Origin: Escherichia phage rV5_ev147
DNA: 64,000 bases
Reading direction: 5' to 3' (one strand)
Sequence record: LR597647
In this document: positions 38,554 to 47,214 of the stretch, one piece after another
How positions within the stretch are numbered: the stretch's first letter is position 1
Layout: every line of letters begins with the position of its first letter
Notes under the pieces: model-generated
Seen by the model: only the letters and a program-made list of their open reading frames with translations
Databases searched by the model: none
Told to the model about the DNA's origin: nothing
Translations under genes and position numbers: made by a program

Positions 38554-38925
38554 TTATTTAAACGGCTGGTCCACATATTTTCTATTCCTCTCAAATAGGC
38601 GATCCGCCTCAGTTAAACAAATCTCATGGGCGTGATCTCTGGTTTTAGCTTCATCGAAAACCTGTTGTGCAAGGCTGCAACGTAGGGAGACTGGAAGATC
38701 GCTGTAGTAGGCGTTGACAAATGTTTGAGCGTCGTACAGGTCTGAAAATACTTTACCCTTTCTATTATTCCCCTTGTCAACAATTGCAAGGATAACAAGT
38801 ACAATAGTTGCAACCACCCCCAGGAAAATAGATATAATAAACCATAAAAAAGCGGATCTACCCATCTTGCCAGCGATCCAGGCGTTGAACAAGGCAACTA
38901 CTACAGCCAAAATAATAAATTCCAT
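38554..38925 (-). CDS. membrane protein
   Basis: RBS aagagg before ATG at 38925; two TM segments. Confidence 0.45.
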   Translation of the reverse strand: MEFIILAVVVALFNAWIAGKMGRSAFLWFIISIFLGVVATIVLVILAIVDKGNNRKGKVFSDLYDAQTFVNAYYSDLPVSLRCSLAQQVFDEAKTRDHAHEICLTEADRLFERNRKYVDQPFK

Positions 38926-38989
38926 TCTATGTACCTCTTTTGCAGTTCTGTTTAACAATAAGGCGGCAAATATGCCGCCTGTTACCTGA

Positions 38990-39370
38990 TTAAAAAATAT
39001 CGCCGTAAATCTTTCCGCTTTCTGCCCACACCACCACGCGGGGCATGTTATCCCATACATCTTGTTTCAGATTTAACGCGTGCAATTCTTCGGTGGTGCT
39101 CATACCGGGCACGGGCTGATTGTATACTGCAAAACGACCGCCTGCATAATCATAGGCCAGAGTTAAATCACACTGGATCATCTTTTTGATCATGGCGTTA
39201 AGCATAGCGTTAGCCGCGTACTGGTCACGTTTTAAAGGCAACTCTTTGATTAGTTTGCGATAGTTTTCGATATGGTCGCACACTGTTTCACGTGGAAGAT
39301 CTTTCATATCTTCACGGAATGTAACCAGGTTAAACATAACGGTGTCAATAGCTTTAGTAGTGTTTTTCAT
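38990..39370 (-). CDS. hypothetical protein
   Basis: RBS aaagaggaaaac. Confidence 0.45.
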   Translation of the reverse strand: MKNTTKAIDTVMFNLVTFREDMKDLPRETVCDHIENYRKLIKELPLKRDQYAANAMLNAMIKKMIQCDLTLAYDYAGGRFAVYNQPVPGMSTTEELHALNLKQDVWDNMPRVVVWAESGKIYGDIF

Positions 39371-39460
39371 GATGTTTTCCTCTTTGTTTTGTGGGGGGCA
39401 AGTCATCTCGCCCCTTGAGTTTTTAATATAGCAGGTTTTTAGATTATTGCAACACTTTAT

Positions 39461-40084
39461 TTATGAAAAACTCATCTCCCCATATTCATCCACATCAAAC
39501 CGCCAATCATTGGCTTCAATAAGGCCGATCAGGTTTTCGGTAGTAAACTGTTCAAGATAGGCCTCCTCCAGGTCTACGTAAACCTTGCGGGATAGCTCCC
39601 GTACCGTCTCGGTGATCAGCTCTTCCAGCTCTTCAACTTTGTCCTCTTGCTTGGTGGTCAGGTCTAGCCAATTAGTATCGATGCACCCTCCTATTGTGTT
39701 TTCGTGATGATAATGGCTAAACGGGATACGTTCAACACTGGCTGATAACTCGCCATCGTGCATTGTGCCGAACAAGTGACGAATTGATCGGAACTTGGTC
39801 AGGGCCTTTACTTTACGCAAGAATTTTTCTAAATCCACGTTTTCAGCACTGATTGACGCGCCATCGCCTTGACACCAAAAGCCGGACCAACGTACTTCGG
39901 TATCTTCAAGGCCGTACTCTGGAAAGACATATTCTTTATAGTGTTCAATTACACTTTCTGCAAAAAAATTATCCCCGCTGTGTTCTTCTCTTTCGCGGAC
40001 CATTTCAATAGCTTTTTCTTTTTGTTCGTCGGTCAGCACGTCGAAAGATAAATTGTAACCTGTGGTAATGTTAACGGTGGTCAT
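39461..40084 (-). CDS. hypothetical acidic protein
   Basis: promoter, hairpin and RBS upstream. Confidence 0.45.
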   Translation of the reverse strand: MTTVNITTGYNLSFDVLTDEQKEKAIEMVREREEHSGDNFFAESVIEHYKEYVFPEYGLEDTEVRWSGFWCQGDGASISAENVDLEKFLRKVKALTKFRSIRHLFGTMHDGELSASVERIPFSHYHHENTIGGCIDTNWLDLTTKQEDKVEELEELITETVRELSRKVYVDLEEAYLEQFTTENLIGLIEANDWRFDVDEYGEMSFS

Positions 40085-40141
40085 GATATTTTCTCCTATT
40101 TTCTTTGTTAGTGGCGGGAAGTTTTCCCGCCTGTGTGTTTA

Positions 40142-40169
40142 AGTATACTTATCGAGATTTACTTGTCAA
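40142..40169 (-). promoter_or_regulatory. sigma70-consensus promoter (TTGACA-16-TATACT) with downstream 5' UTR hairpin
   Basis: hexamers at 40164-40169 and 40142-40147 (minus); hairpin GGCGGGAA-gttt-TCCCGCC at 40113-40131. Confidence 0.6.
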
Positions 40170-40419
40170 CACTATTTTTTAAATTATTGTGGCGTAAAAT
40201 GTTCAAGATCTCTTCAACGTCATCAACACGGCGGCAATTTTTAAACGCTACCAGTTGCCCCAGTATTTTAATCACTGGACGGCCTTGCCAGTGCCCTTGG
40301 AGAAAGCGAGCTTTAACTTTATCGGTGGAACTATCACGCCACCAAATGGCCTTGTTGTTGCAGTAGTAAAAATTATTCAGGACAACATCAACTTTATCAA
40401 AATTTTTTAATTTACGCAT
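40159..40419 (-). CDS. hypothetical basic protein
   Basis: ORF. Confidence 0.4.
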   Translation of the reverse strand: MRKLKNFDKVDVVLNNFYYCNNKAIWWRDSSTDKVKARFLQGHWQGRPVIKILGQLVAFKNCRRVDDVEEILNILRHNNLKNSVDK

Positions 40420-40451
40420 GGCGTTTACTCCTTTCTCTCTTTGATGTGGTT

Positions 40452-40479
40452 AGTATAGCTAACCTGTTTAAGATGTCAA
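40452..40479 (-). promoter_or_regulatory. sigma70-consensus promoter (TTGACA-16-TATACT)
   Basis: hexamers; RBS aaaggag before ATG 40419. Confidence 0.55.
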
Positions 40480-40621
40480 GCTTTAAATAAAATCACTGTC
40501 AATGATATTTTTAACGCCATAAAACGGCCCTAAGCGATGTTTTCAGGTTAAAGGGGGGGCGATTGCATAGGTGGGGCCTTTTTGGCGCTTACAGGGCCAA
40601 CCGGGGGCGCTATTCGTAGGA

Positions 40622-40659
40622 TAGAAATAAAAAGCCCCGCACAATGGCGGGGCGTTGGT
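40622..40659 (-). terminator. rho-independent terminator (minus strand)
   Basis: CGCCCCGC-cattgt-GCGGGGC followed by TTTTTATTT. Confidence 0.6.
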
Positions 40660-40661
40660 TG

Positions 40662-40859
40662 TTATTTGCCTTTGTGGCGGTATCGTTCCGCCTGTCGTTC
40701 ACGTTCCAAAAGCAGGCCCGGTAATTTGCGATCATAATGATTCCGCCAGATCTTCCCAAATCTTTTTGGCTTATTCAGTTTATTGTTGCGCTGGCGGCGT
40801 TCCGGCAGCTCTTCGGAAGCATGAGATCGCTTTACAATCTTCTCAAAATTAATCTTCAT
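40662..40859 (-). CDS. hypothetical basic protein
   Basis: RBS aggggggaa before ATG at 40859. Confidence 0.4.
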   Translation of the reverse strand: MKINFEKIVKRSHASEELPERRQRNNKLNKPKRFGKIWRNHYDRKLPGLLLERERQAERYRHKGK

Positions 40860-40913
40860 ATATTCCCCCCTTGCTAACTTCAATATTGGCCTGAATAGCC
40901 CGGATACGGCGCT

Positions 40914-41201
40914 TTATAACTTCCTGATCTGTGTGATCGTATCCCAAAAGTCTACGATTTTTGCGCCTCCAGCCTTTAGGCGGTATAGTGTTTCTTGCAT
41001 CTTGTAAGCCGGGATCGGTCGCGGTGTTACCTGGTCGCCCTTCTCATTCTTGTACTTGATAATATAGTCTTCATTGTCGTTGAATACCCAAAACGGGTAT
41101 TCTGTAAGGGCGTTGCTATCTTTTTCGTTTTTAGATTGGATCTTGTTTACAATTAAAGCCGTAGCAATAGCGCCAATAATAAAACTTGCCCCGCTGATCA
41201 T
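40914..41201 (-). CDS. small protein with N-terminal TM segment
   Basis: RBS aaaggagaaag before ATG at 41201. Confidence 0.45.
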   Translation of the reverse strand: MISGASFIIGAIATALIVNKIQSKNEKDSNALTEYPFWVFNDNEDYIIKYKNEKGDQVTPRPIPAYKMQETLYRLKAGGAKIVDFWDTITQIRKL

Positions 41202-41276
41202 GTACTTTCTCCTTTCATTGTATTGATAAACTATCTTTATAGATGGCCCTGCTACCAGGACCACCGAAAAAACAGC

Positions 41277-41522
41277 TTATTTGACGATACCGACAAAACA
41301 GATCCCGCCTTCCCCTATATAGGCAATATCGGTAATTTTATAATTTGTCAAGATCCGCGTGTTCAGATCATTAATAAAATCGGTCATCGCGTTGGTGTAG
41401 TTGTCTTCCGTGTCTAAGGCATAATCCCAGGTGTACACCTTTTTACGTCCGAAGCCTTTTACCATGATACGGGCGCTTTTGGTGTTGGTAGGGGCATAAT
41501 ATTTGGTGATTAGTGCTGCCAT
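41277..41522 (-). CDS. hypothetical protein
   Basis: RBS aggagtt; copy 2 of 44-bp element upstream. Confidence 0.45.
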   Translation of the reverse strand: MAALITKYYAPTNTKSARIMVKGFGRKKVYTWDYALDTEDNYTNAMTDFINDLNTRILTNYKITDIAYIGEGGICFVGIVK

Positions 41523-41565
41523 GGTTTTAACTCCTATGCATTAGTTCAGTGTTAACAGTATAAAG

Positions 41566-41609
41566 TTTACTTTATTGATGGCCCTGGAGTCAAGGCCATC
41601 TAAAAATAA
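41566..41609 (-). promoter_or_regulatory. conserved 44-bp element, copy 2
   Basis: TTGACT-18-TAAACT reading on minus strand, palindrome GATGGCC/GGCCATC. Confidence 0.5.
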
Positions 41610-41611
41610 TC

Positions 41612-41953
41612 TTACTCGTTTTCTTCCAGTTCTGCAAGCTCTTCTTTTGCTTCTTCTAACTCTGTCTGTAATTCCTGGTATTCTTCATCGTCCTCAATAT
41701 CCAGGCTGTCGATGTAGTCGCTAAATCCGCAGCGGTAAGCGATAGGATCTAGCTCCTTGAGGATACGCGACGGAAGAAAAGAAATGTTTCCGATCATAAT
41801 TTCGCCGTAGATCTCGTCTAACCATTCATCATAGTTTTCGTCGTACTTGTCCTCGTCGATTTCAAAGTTATCGATCTTGTTCTCAAGGTCTGCGATCTGT
41901 TTTTTCAGTGCGGCGATCTGAATAGCTTTTTCTGCGGCGGTCATAGTAGTCAT
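41612..41953 (-). CDS. acidic coiled-coil protein
   Basis: RBS aaaggagaaaac; promoter and hairpin upstream. Confidence 0.45.
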   Translation of the reverse strand: MTTMTAAEKAIQIAALKKQIADLENKIDNFEIDEDKYDENYDEWLDEIYGEIMIGNISFLPSRILKELDPIAYRCGFSDYIDSLDIEDDEEYQELQTELEEAKEELAELEENE

Positions 41954-42004
41954 GGTGTTTTCTCCTTTTGTGTGCTCTGGGAAGTTTTCCCGTTTACGTG
42001 TTTA

Positions 42005-42032
42005 AGTATATCAATCTAAGTTAGCTTGTCAA
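42005..42032 (-). promoter_or_regulatory. sigma70-consensus promoter (TTGACA-16-TATACT)
   Basis: hexamers; hairpin GGGAA-gtt-TTCCC downstream. Confidence 0.6.
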
Positions 42033-42152
42033 TTAAAAATTTAAGAAAAATTTTGCAAAACTGTTAGCGCTACTCATTAACATTTGCGCCAGGATGTAAC
42101 CGACAACGCAGGCGATAATAGTTACCTTTGTGTATTGGCGTGTAGTGCTCAT
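42024..42152 (-). CDS. 42-aa membrane peptide
   Basis: downstream of 44-bp element copy 3; hydrophobic core. Confidence 0.3.
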
Positions 42153-42186
42153 CTTAAAGCCCCCTTTTTCGCTTAGCTGAGATTAA

Positions 42187-42230
42187 TTTACTTTATTGAT
42201 GGCCCTGGAGTCAAGGCCATCTAAAAATAA
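42187..42230 (-). promoter_or_regulatory. conserved 44-bp element, copy 3
   Basis: same 44-mer. Confidence 0.5.
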
Positions 42231-42232
42231 AT

Positions 42233-42637
42233 TTAGTAAGTTTTAAGTACTTTACCGTCTAACCTGTCAAGCTGGATCTCAATAGCTGCAGAGAATCTAT
42301 TGTACACCACATCGCCCATAGAATCCAACCAGTCTATGACATTATACACTTGCTCTTTGTTCTTGCAGGTCCGGATCCGTTTCATGATGTAAGCCGGATC
42401 AATATTGGTACTCTCGTTGGTGCTCCCCTGTACCTGGTTTGCCGTATTAGTTACATCTTTAATGGCCTTTACCACCACCTGGAATGGCTTTAAGGTGCCT
42501 TTTGCGTTCATCTCACGCGCTTTTGCGGCGCGGTTGTTATATGTTACACAACGGCGGCAAATGTTGATCAAATGCATGTCAATAATTTTTTCATCGTTTG
42601 CCAGTTCATTCATGATGCGGCGTACGTTCTTATTCAT
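42233..42637 (-). CDS. hypothetical protein
   Basis: promoter, hairpin and RBS upstream. Confidence 0.45.
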   Translation of the reverse strand: MNKNVRRIMNELANDEKIIDMHLINICRRCVTYNNRAAKAREMNAKGTLKPFQVVVKAIKDVTNTANQVQGSTNESTNIDPAYIMKRIRTCKNKEQVYNVIDWLDSMGDVVYNRFSAAIEIQLDRLDGKVLKTY

Positions 42638-42685
42638 GATCTTTTTCCTTTGTGTTGGCGGGAAACATTCCCGCCTTTTGTGACT

Positions 42686-42714
42686 AGTTTACTTGAATTT
42701 TGCAGCGTGTCAAC
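42686..42714 (-). promoter_or_regulatory. sigma70-like promoter (TTGACA-17-TAAACT) with 5' UTR hairpin
   Basis: hairpin GGCGGGAA-tgtt-TCCCGCC at 42653-42675. Confidence 0.6.
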
Positions 42715-42719
42715 AATTT

Positions 42720-43118
42720 TTATTCGTGGGCGCATGTTACAATGTGCTTTTTATAGCCAAGGTGGTTAGCAAGTGCCGACAAAAACTCTTCTTCATAGAT
42801 CCAGCCGTTGGCAGTGATCCCCATAGCATTTAATGCGCTCTCAAGTGCTGCATTAGCTTTATCGTAACCGTGACCGCTCGCCTTCCCGCCAGTATAACCG
42901 TACTTATTGTTCTTGTTGTCGTGAATCCAAAAAACGCAGTATTGAGTGTTCCCGCTGGCGGCGGCATAATACCGGATCTCAGCTACTTCGTGCAAATTAT
43001 TGTCATCGTCCAGGCCAACCAGATTATAAGCCTTGTAGAATCCACGATCACGGCGGCAGTTCTTGACATCAGAAAAAGAAAAGTCCGCATTATCAAAGTT
43101 AAAGGTAGTGGTTTTCAT
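42720..43118 (-). CDS. hypothetical protein
   Basis: RBS aagaggat. Confidence 0.45.
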   Translation of the reverse strand: MKTTTFNFDNADFSFSDVKNCRRDRGFYKAYNLVGLDDDNNLHEVAEIRYYAAASGNTQYCVFWIHDNKNNKYGYTGGKASGHGYDKANAALESALNAMGITANGWIYEEEFLSALANHLGYKKHIVTCAHE

Positions 43119-43182
43119 GATTTTATCCTCTTAGTGTCTTTTGTGCTTTTAGTGTATTTGGTGTCGGACTATATGTCAATAC

Positions 43183-43380
43183 CTATTTTTTATTAAACCA
43201 GTGGTTGATCTGGCCTTTTGTCAGGGCGCAACGATTAAGCTGTTGCCGGGTATAGCTCTGACCGCGACGGAATTTATAAAGGCCTTGCCCGTTGTTGATG
43301 GTTACGTCCGCCTGGCAAACCATTTGATCGGTGACGGCCTGGCGAGTGTTGCGACGTACTTTAATTCCGTAGGCGTTCAT
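43183..43380 (-). CDS. hypothetical basic protein
   Basis: RBS agagagg. Confidence 0.4.
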   Translation of the reverse strand: MNAYGIKVRRNTRQAVTDQMVCQADVTINNGQGLYKFRRGQSYTRQQLNRCALTKGQINHWFNKK

Positions 43381-43468
43381 GATTTTTATCCTCTCTGTTA
43401 ATTAGTGTGGTGTTGTTCACCTTGCGAGGATAAGAATAACAGAACTATCCGAGCTGTCAACCATTGGT

Positions 43469-43639
43469 TAGAATTTTTTTGGTAAGAATTCTCCAGCCGC
43501 CGCCCCTGCCAGGTTAACCATCATTTTTTCGTACTCTTCTTTATGTTCCAACGCTCCCGCCATAGCCTTTTCAACCAGGGCGATAGCCTCAGCGTCATTA
43601 ATAGCTACATTTTCCAGGGGGATCATATTACCTTTCATT
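43469..43639 (-). CDS. 56-aa hypothetical protein
   Basis: strong RBS gaggagg 7 nt before ATG. Confidence 0.4.
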
Positions 43640-44165
43640 TTTGTACCTCCTCTTCAATTGTTACCTATCCTATAGCATAGGCCCACCAGGTTTGCAAGCC
43701 TTCATTCTCTCCTACCTGGTCAGTTAGGTCCTGCCAGGCTGGCCCCGCCAGGTTGCAGCGGTCAGCGCATCAGGTTAGAAAAATTTTTTTGAAAAGTGTT
43801 GACAGCGGCCCCGCCAGGTGGCACAATATACCTATCGAAAGGACGGCAGGCACCGGTGACGGGGAGACAACCACCGGGGATGGGCGCTGCATAAAATGAG
43901 AACGGTTATCATTATCGTCTAAAAATTTATGCAAAAACTTCTTGCTTTCTTTGTCCTGTGTGTTACTATAATAACAAGCCGGGGCAGTAGGGGCCGGGAG
44001 ACAATCACCGGGGGTGCCCGTTATTCTGCAAACGAGAATGATTATCATTCAAAATTCTAAATGAGAACTTTTCTCATTTCATAAATTTAGTTAGCATGCT
44101 AATTACCTACCGTGACAATTCTATATAAAATAATACCTCCTAAAATATTTCCATATACAAATTTT

Positions 44166-44365
44166 AAAAATCCATTTCCGAAAACGAAAAATCGCTTTCG
44201 TTCCCAAAAATTTTAGACCTGGTGCTGGACCAATTTCAAGAAAATCCGATTCAGAAAACGAAAAACAGATCGAGTACTGAGAAGTTTATCGAGAAAAATT
44301 TTCAGAAAATTCAATCTTTGAAACGAAAAACAGATCGAGTACCTAGAAAGCTGCACCGCAATTTC
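44166..44365. repeat. three degenerate tandem repeats of about 65 bp (AAAAT-C-ATT...GAAAACGAAAAA...ATTTCAAG)
   Basis: units starting near 44166, 44232, 44296; GAAAACGAAAAACAGATCGAGTAC duplicated. Confidence 0.45.
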
Positions 44366-44654
44366 AAGATGGTGGTTAGATTATTACCATAAAAGGTCAA
44401 GGGTGAGTGGGAAAGTTCTGGTAGAGGGGTGTGAGCATACGCGGAAAATCTAGAATGGTAGTCCGGAATATGGTGCAAACGATAGGATGAGTGGTTCAGC
44501 TCGTCGTGCCTACTCTGAAAAAATCCATTTTAGTTTTCGATCCATTTTCTGATTTTCTAACAATTTTAAAATATCTGGCCGGGTGAAATATCAAAAGGAG
44601 GAAATCCATTTTAGAAATCCTCCTTATACTTGATATGTCAGAAATTTTCAAGTA

Positions 44655-44984
44655 TCAGCTATCTTTGTTTTTAGGTTTATACATGCGGAGAGGTATAGTC
44701 TTTGTAACATTCCATTTACTCAACCCTTCCCAGCTCCAGTTGTGGGCATGGTATCCGGTTATGCATGCACTGCTGGAGTGATCGTAAGCATAAGAGAACG
44801 CTAAGCGCACCAGGTGAGGCCAGTCTTTCCACGGTTGTGGTCCGTAAGCTTTTCTCCAACACCGACACAAACTAAATGTCTCAAGAATAGGCAGGATAAC
44901 AAATCCATACACCGCCACCAGAATAGCCAGCGCAATGATTGTCAGGAATACATACCCTGCAGTTGAAACGATGATCTCTGTCAT
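44655..44984 (-). CDS. membrane protein
   Basis: N-terminal TM VFLTIIALAILVAVYGFVILPIL. Confidence 0.45.
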   Translation of the reverse strand: MTEIIVSTAGYVFLTIIALAILVAVYGFVILPILETFSLCRCWRKAYGPQPWKDWPHLVRLAFSYAYDHSSSACITGYHAHNWSWEGLSKWNVTKTIPLRMYKPKNKDS

Positions 44985-45184
44985 TTGTCGTCCCCTTTCT
45001 TACGGATATAGATGTGAGAGCCTGCCTGTATATAAATTTCTCGACCATCTTCTGCAAAGATATGAAATACACGATCACCTTCATACTCGATACGTGATAT
45101 CTTCATAATGGTCTTTCCACCTGGGATGCGGATCTCGTCCCCCACAGCGATGTTCCATGCAGATTTAAGCTTAAACATCTGCAC
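44981..45184 (-). CDS. hypothetical protein
   Basis: ATGA overlap. Confidence 0.4.
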   Translation of the reverse strand: MQMFKLKSAWNIAVGDEIRIPGGKTIMKISRIEYEGDRVFHIFAEDGREIYIQAGSHIYIRKKGDDK

Positions 45185-45416
45185 CCTCCTTTGGGAACTT
45201 AAACTCTGGCATAGCCATATACGCTACAACAGGGTTGTGATCAAAGTAGAACTGACCGTTAATTATCCCGGTTTTGTCCACATAGTTACCAGATCCTGCA
45301 AGAACAACCTCGCAAGCTCCGAAATCCACATTGCCATCCTCATCAGCCATGGCTACGATATACTTTCCAAGAGGCATGTTTTTAACGCCGTCTACAAATG
45401 TCCACCCTTTGTTCAT
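45171..45416 (-). CDS. hypothetical protein
   Basis: ORF. Confidence 0.45.
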   Translation of the reverse strand: MNKGWTFVDGVKNMPLGKYIVAMADEDGNVDFGACEVVLAGSGNYVDKTGIINGQFYFDHNPVVAYMAMPEFKFPKEGADV

Positions 45417-45436
45417 ACTTTATCTCCTGCATTCTC

Positions 45437-45769
45437 TTAAGGTAACCAGTAAACAATCTCGCCTTTCAGCTTCATGTCGTTTCCAACATAAATTTGCCAG
45501 CCATCCATCTTAGCAGCTGCAGGCCCAAAGTCATCCGCACCCCTTACCTCTTTCCAGGTCCCGTAGTCAGGTTGCCAGATGTAAAATCCACCTTCTTTGT
45601 CCCATGCTCCATACACTACGTTTAACAAGTTTCCCATTGCAACAATAGTGGGCCGTGGGAACAATGCATCTACAGATGCGCCACAATATCTGGTATCTTT
45701 TAAATTGCACTCCCAAAAGATGTCTGCCAGTGTGGCGGCGATAGCTTTACGTCTTTCTAATGTTACCAT
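45437..45769 (-). CDS. hypothetical protein
   Basis: ORF. Confidence 0.45.
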   Translation of the reverse strand: MVTLERRKAIAATLADIFWECNLKDTRYCGASVDALFPRPTIVAMGNLLNVVYGAWDKEGGFYIWQPDYGTWKEVRGADDFGPAAAKMDGWQIYVGNDMKLKGEIVYWLP

Positions 45770-45776
45770 ATCATAC

Positions 45777-45968
45777 TCACTTGTTGTTAATAAGTTCTAA
45801 AACTTTCTGTCTTACCTTATCAATATCTGTTGATTCAAAAACTGTACGATATCCCCAACTTTGCCCATAAGAATGGCTGCAATCACCATAACACCATTGC
45901 TCAATTTGATAGTATTCAAGGAACGGGTGCTGTCTAACTATGATACCGTCCCGGTTAAAAATTACCAT
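45777..45968 (-). CDS. hypothetical protein
   Basis: ORF. Confidence 0.4.
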   Translation of the reverse strand: MVIFNRDGIIVRQHPFLEYYQIEQWCYGDCSHSYGQSWGYRTVFESTDIDKVRQKVLELINNK

Positions 45969-46031
45969 AATACATCACTCTCTGTTAGTTTATGCGTATA
46001 TTATACACTGCAGTTTTCAGATGTCAACCTC

Positions 46032-46226
46032 TTACAGATTGCTCCAGTACAATCGGCATTTACATTTTGGGCAATGAGGTTCTTTTATGTAATAACCGTC
46101 AGTCTTTGGAACACTTTTTGGTGCAGTTTTAATATTGTACCTGGTAAAACATCGGAAGCAGGTTACCTCTCCAATCTGTTGATCGTTGATCCACTCGCCA
46201 GAGTAAAGTTCTTTCTTGTTCCTCAT
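46032..46226 (-). CDS. small zinc-ribbon protein
   Basis: CFRC...CPKCKC. Confidence 0.4.
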   Translation of the reverse strand: MRNKKELYSGEWINDQQIGEVTCFRCFTRYNIKTAPKSVPKTDGYYIKEPHCPKCKCRLYWSNL

Positions 46227-46462
46227 AAGCCCTCCTCAGTCCTCCAGAACAAATACCAACTCTCCGGTAAATGTTTTTGCAAAGTAATAGCCTGAACATT
46301 CATCACTTTTGTACAGCCACCACGTGTCCCAGTCAGGAAGTCGTACAAGGATATGCTAGGCCCATCTATTACTGGGTATTCTTCAAACGGCCCTTGATTA
46401 TCCGATTGCGTGGACACACATATGCAGGTTTTCATGCCAGAATCTCCAGCCAGAAAGCGCAC
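46223..46462 (-). CDS. hypothetical protein
   Basis: ATGA overlap. Confidence 0.4.
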   Translation of the reverse strand: MRFLAGDSGMKTCICVSTQSDNQGPFEEYPVIDGPSISLYDFLTGTRGGCTKVMNVQAITLQKHLPESWYLFWRTEEGL

Positions 46463-46656
46463 GGGAACACTTTGATGATTGAATCTTTACCCGGTTCGGC
46501 AGTTCTTTTTCCGTAGGGTAGGTAGAAATACCCTCCTGCAGATTCGAACACAGCCCCTTCGGTTGTATCTATCACAGCTAGAATTAAGATTTTAGTCTCC
46601 ACAGTGCTCTCCTCTCTTAGTTGTTGTGGAAACTATATCACCTCAGAAGATGGTCG

Positions 46657-47214
46657 TCAACACTTTTTGTACTCTACTACAACCACATCAATATCTGTGG
46701 TTGCAAGATTAATTACATCTTCTACATGTTCCCACTTTAGACCGCCAATACCGCATCCGATTTTAGGAATGTAGAACGGCAATGACACACCTTTGAATAC
46801 CTCGTTGACTCGCTCAAAACCTTTCATGATTGAGAAGTATTCAGCATTGGGCCCTGGGTAGAACTGGGTATACAGGTTGATTCCATATACGACCCTGTTC
46901 TTGGCAAAATGCTCCCAACAAGAAAACATACCCAGCTTGTCTAGATTCCCATAAGCAGTCTCTTTGTCGGCTGCCAGTGCTTGAGGGAACTCACGGGCAA
47001 TATCTTTCGCTATGCCTGCACCCATTGTGTGAAAGCAGTTACAACCGTGGATCATGTGGCCTGACCCTTTCTTGAAAATGGAGATTAGATCTCCCTTTAC
47101 AGTATCAATAATCACGGTATTCCAGCTCCTCTTCTGCAATTTCCAAAAACTCATCCCAACCCTGTGGCATATTTGAGTTGCCGAAGTGGCTTTCGTAGTA
47201 GAGATTTTTACCAC
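46657..47214 (-). CDS. macro-domain protein, TARG1/OARD1- and DarG-like (ADP-ribose processing)
   Basis: KGDLISIF...IHGCNCFHTMGAGIAKDI and IPKIGCGIGGLKWEHVEDVI parallel TARG1 (GDLF..HCISEDCRMGAGIA / MPRIGCGLDRLQWENV); start uncertain. Confidence 0.7.
   Translation of the reverse strand: MVKISTTKATSATQICHRVGMSFWKLQKRSWNTVIIDTVKGDLISIFKKGSGHMIHGCNCFHTMGAGIAKDIAREFPQALAADKETAYGNLDKLGMFSCWEHFAKNRVVYGINLYTQFYPGPNAEYFSIMKGFERVNEVFKGVSLPFYIPKIGCGIGGLKWEHVEDVINLATTDIDVVVVEYKKC

Noticed and set aside
43770-44048. 92-aa minus-strand ORF in the second non-coding island
   Set aside because: Spans the twin repeat elements and promoter-like sequences, lacks an RBS and is low-complexity; more likely non-coding.
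44166-44365. CRISPR-like array
   Set aside because: Repeats are degenerate, AT-rich and about 65 bp with no unique spacers and no cas genes; classified as tandem repeats.
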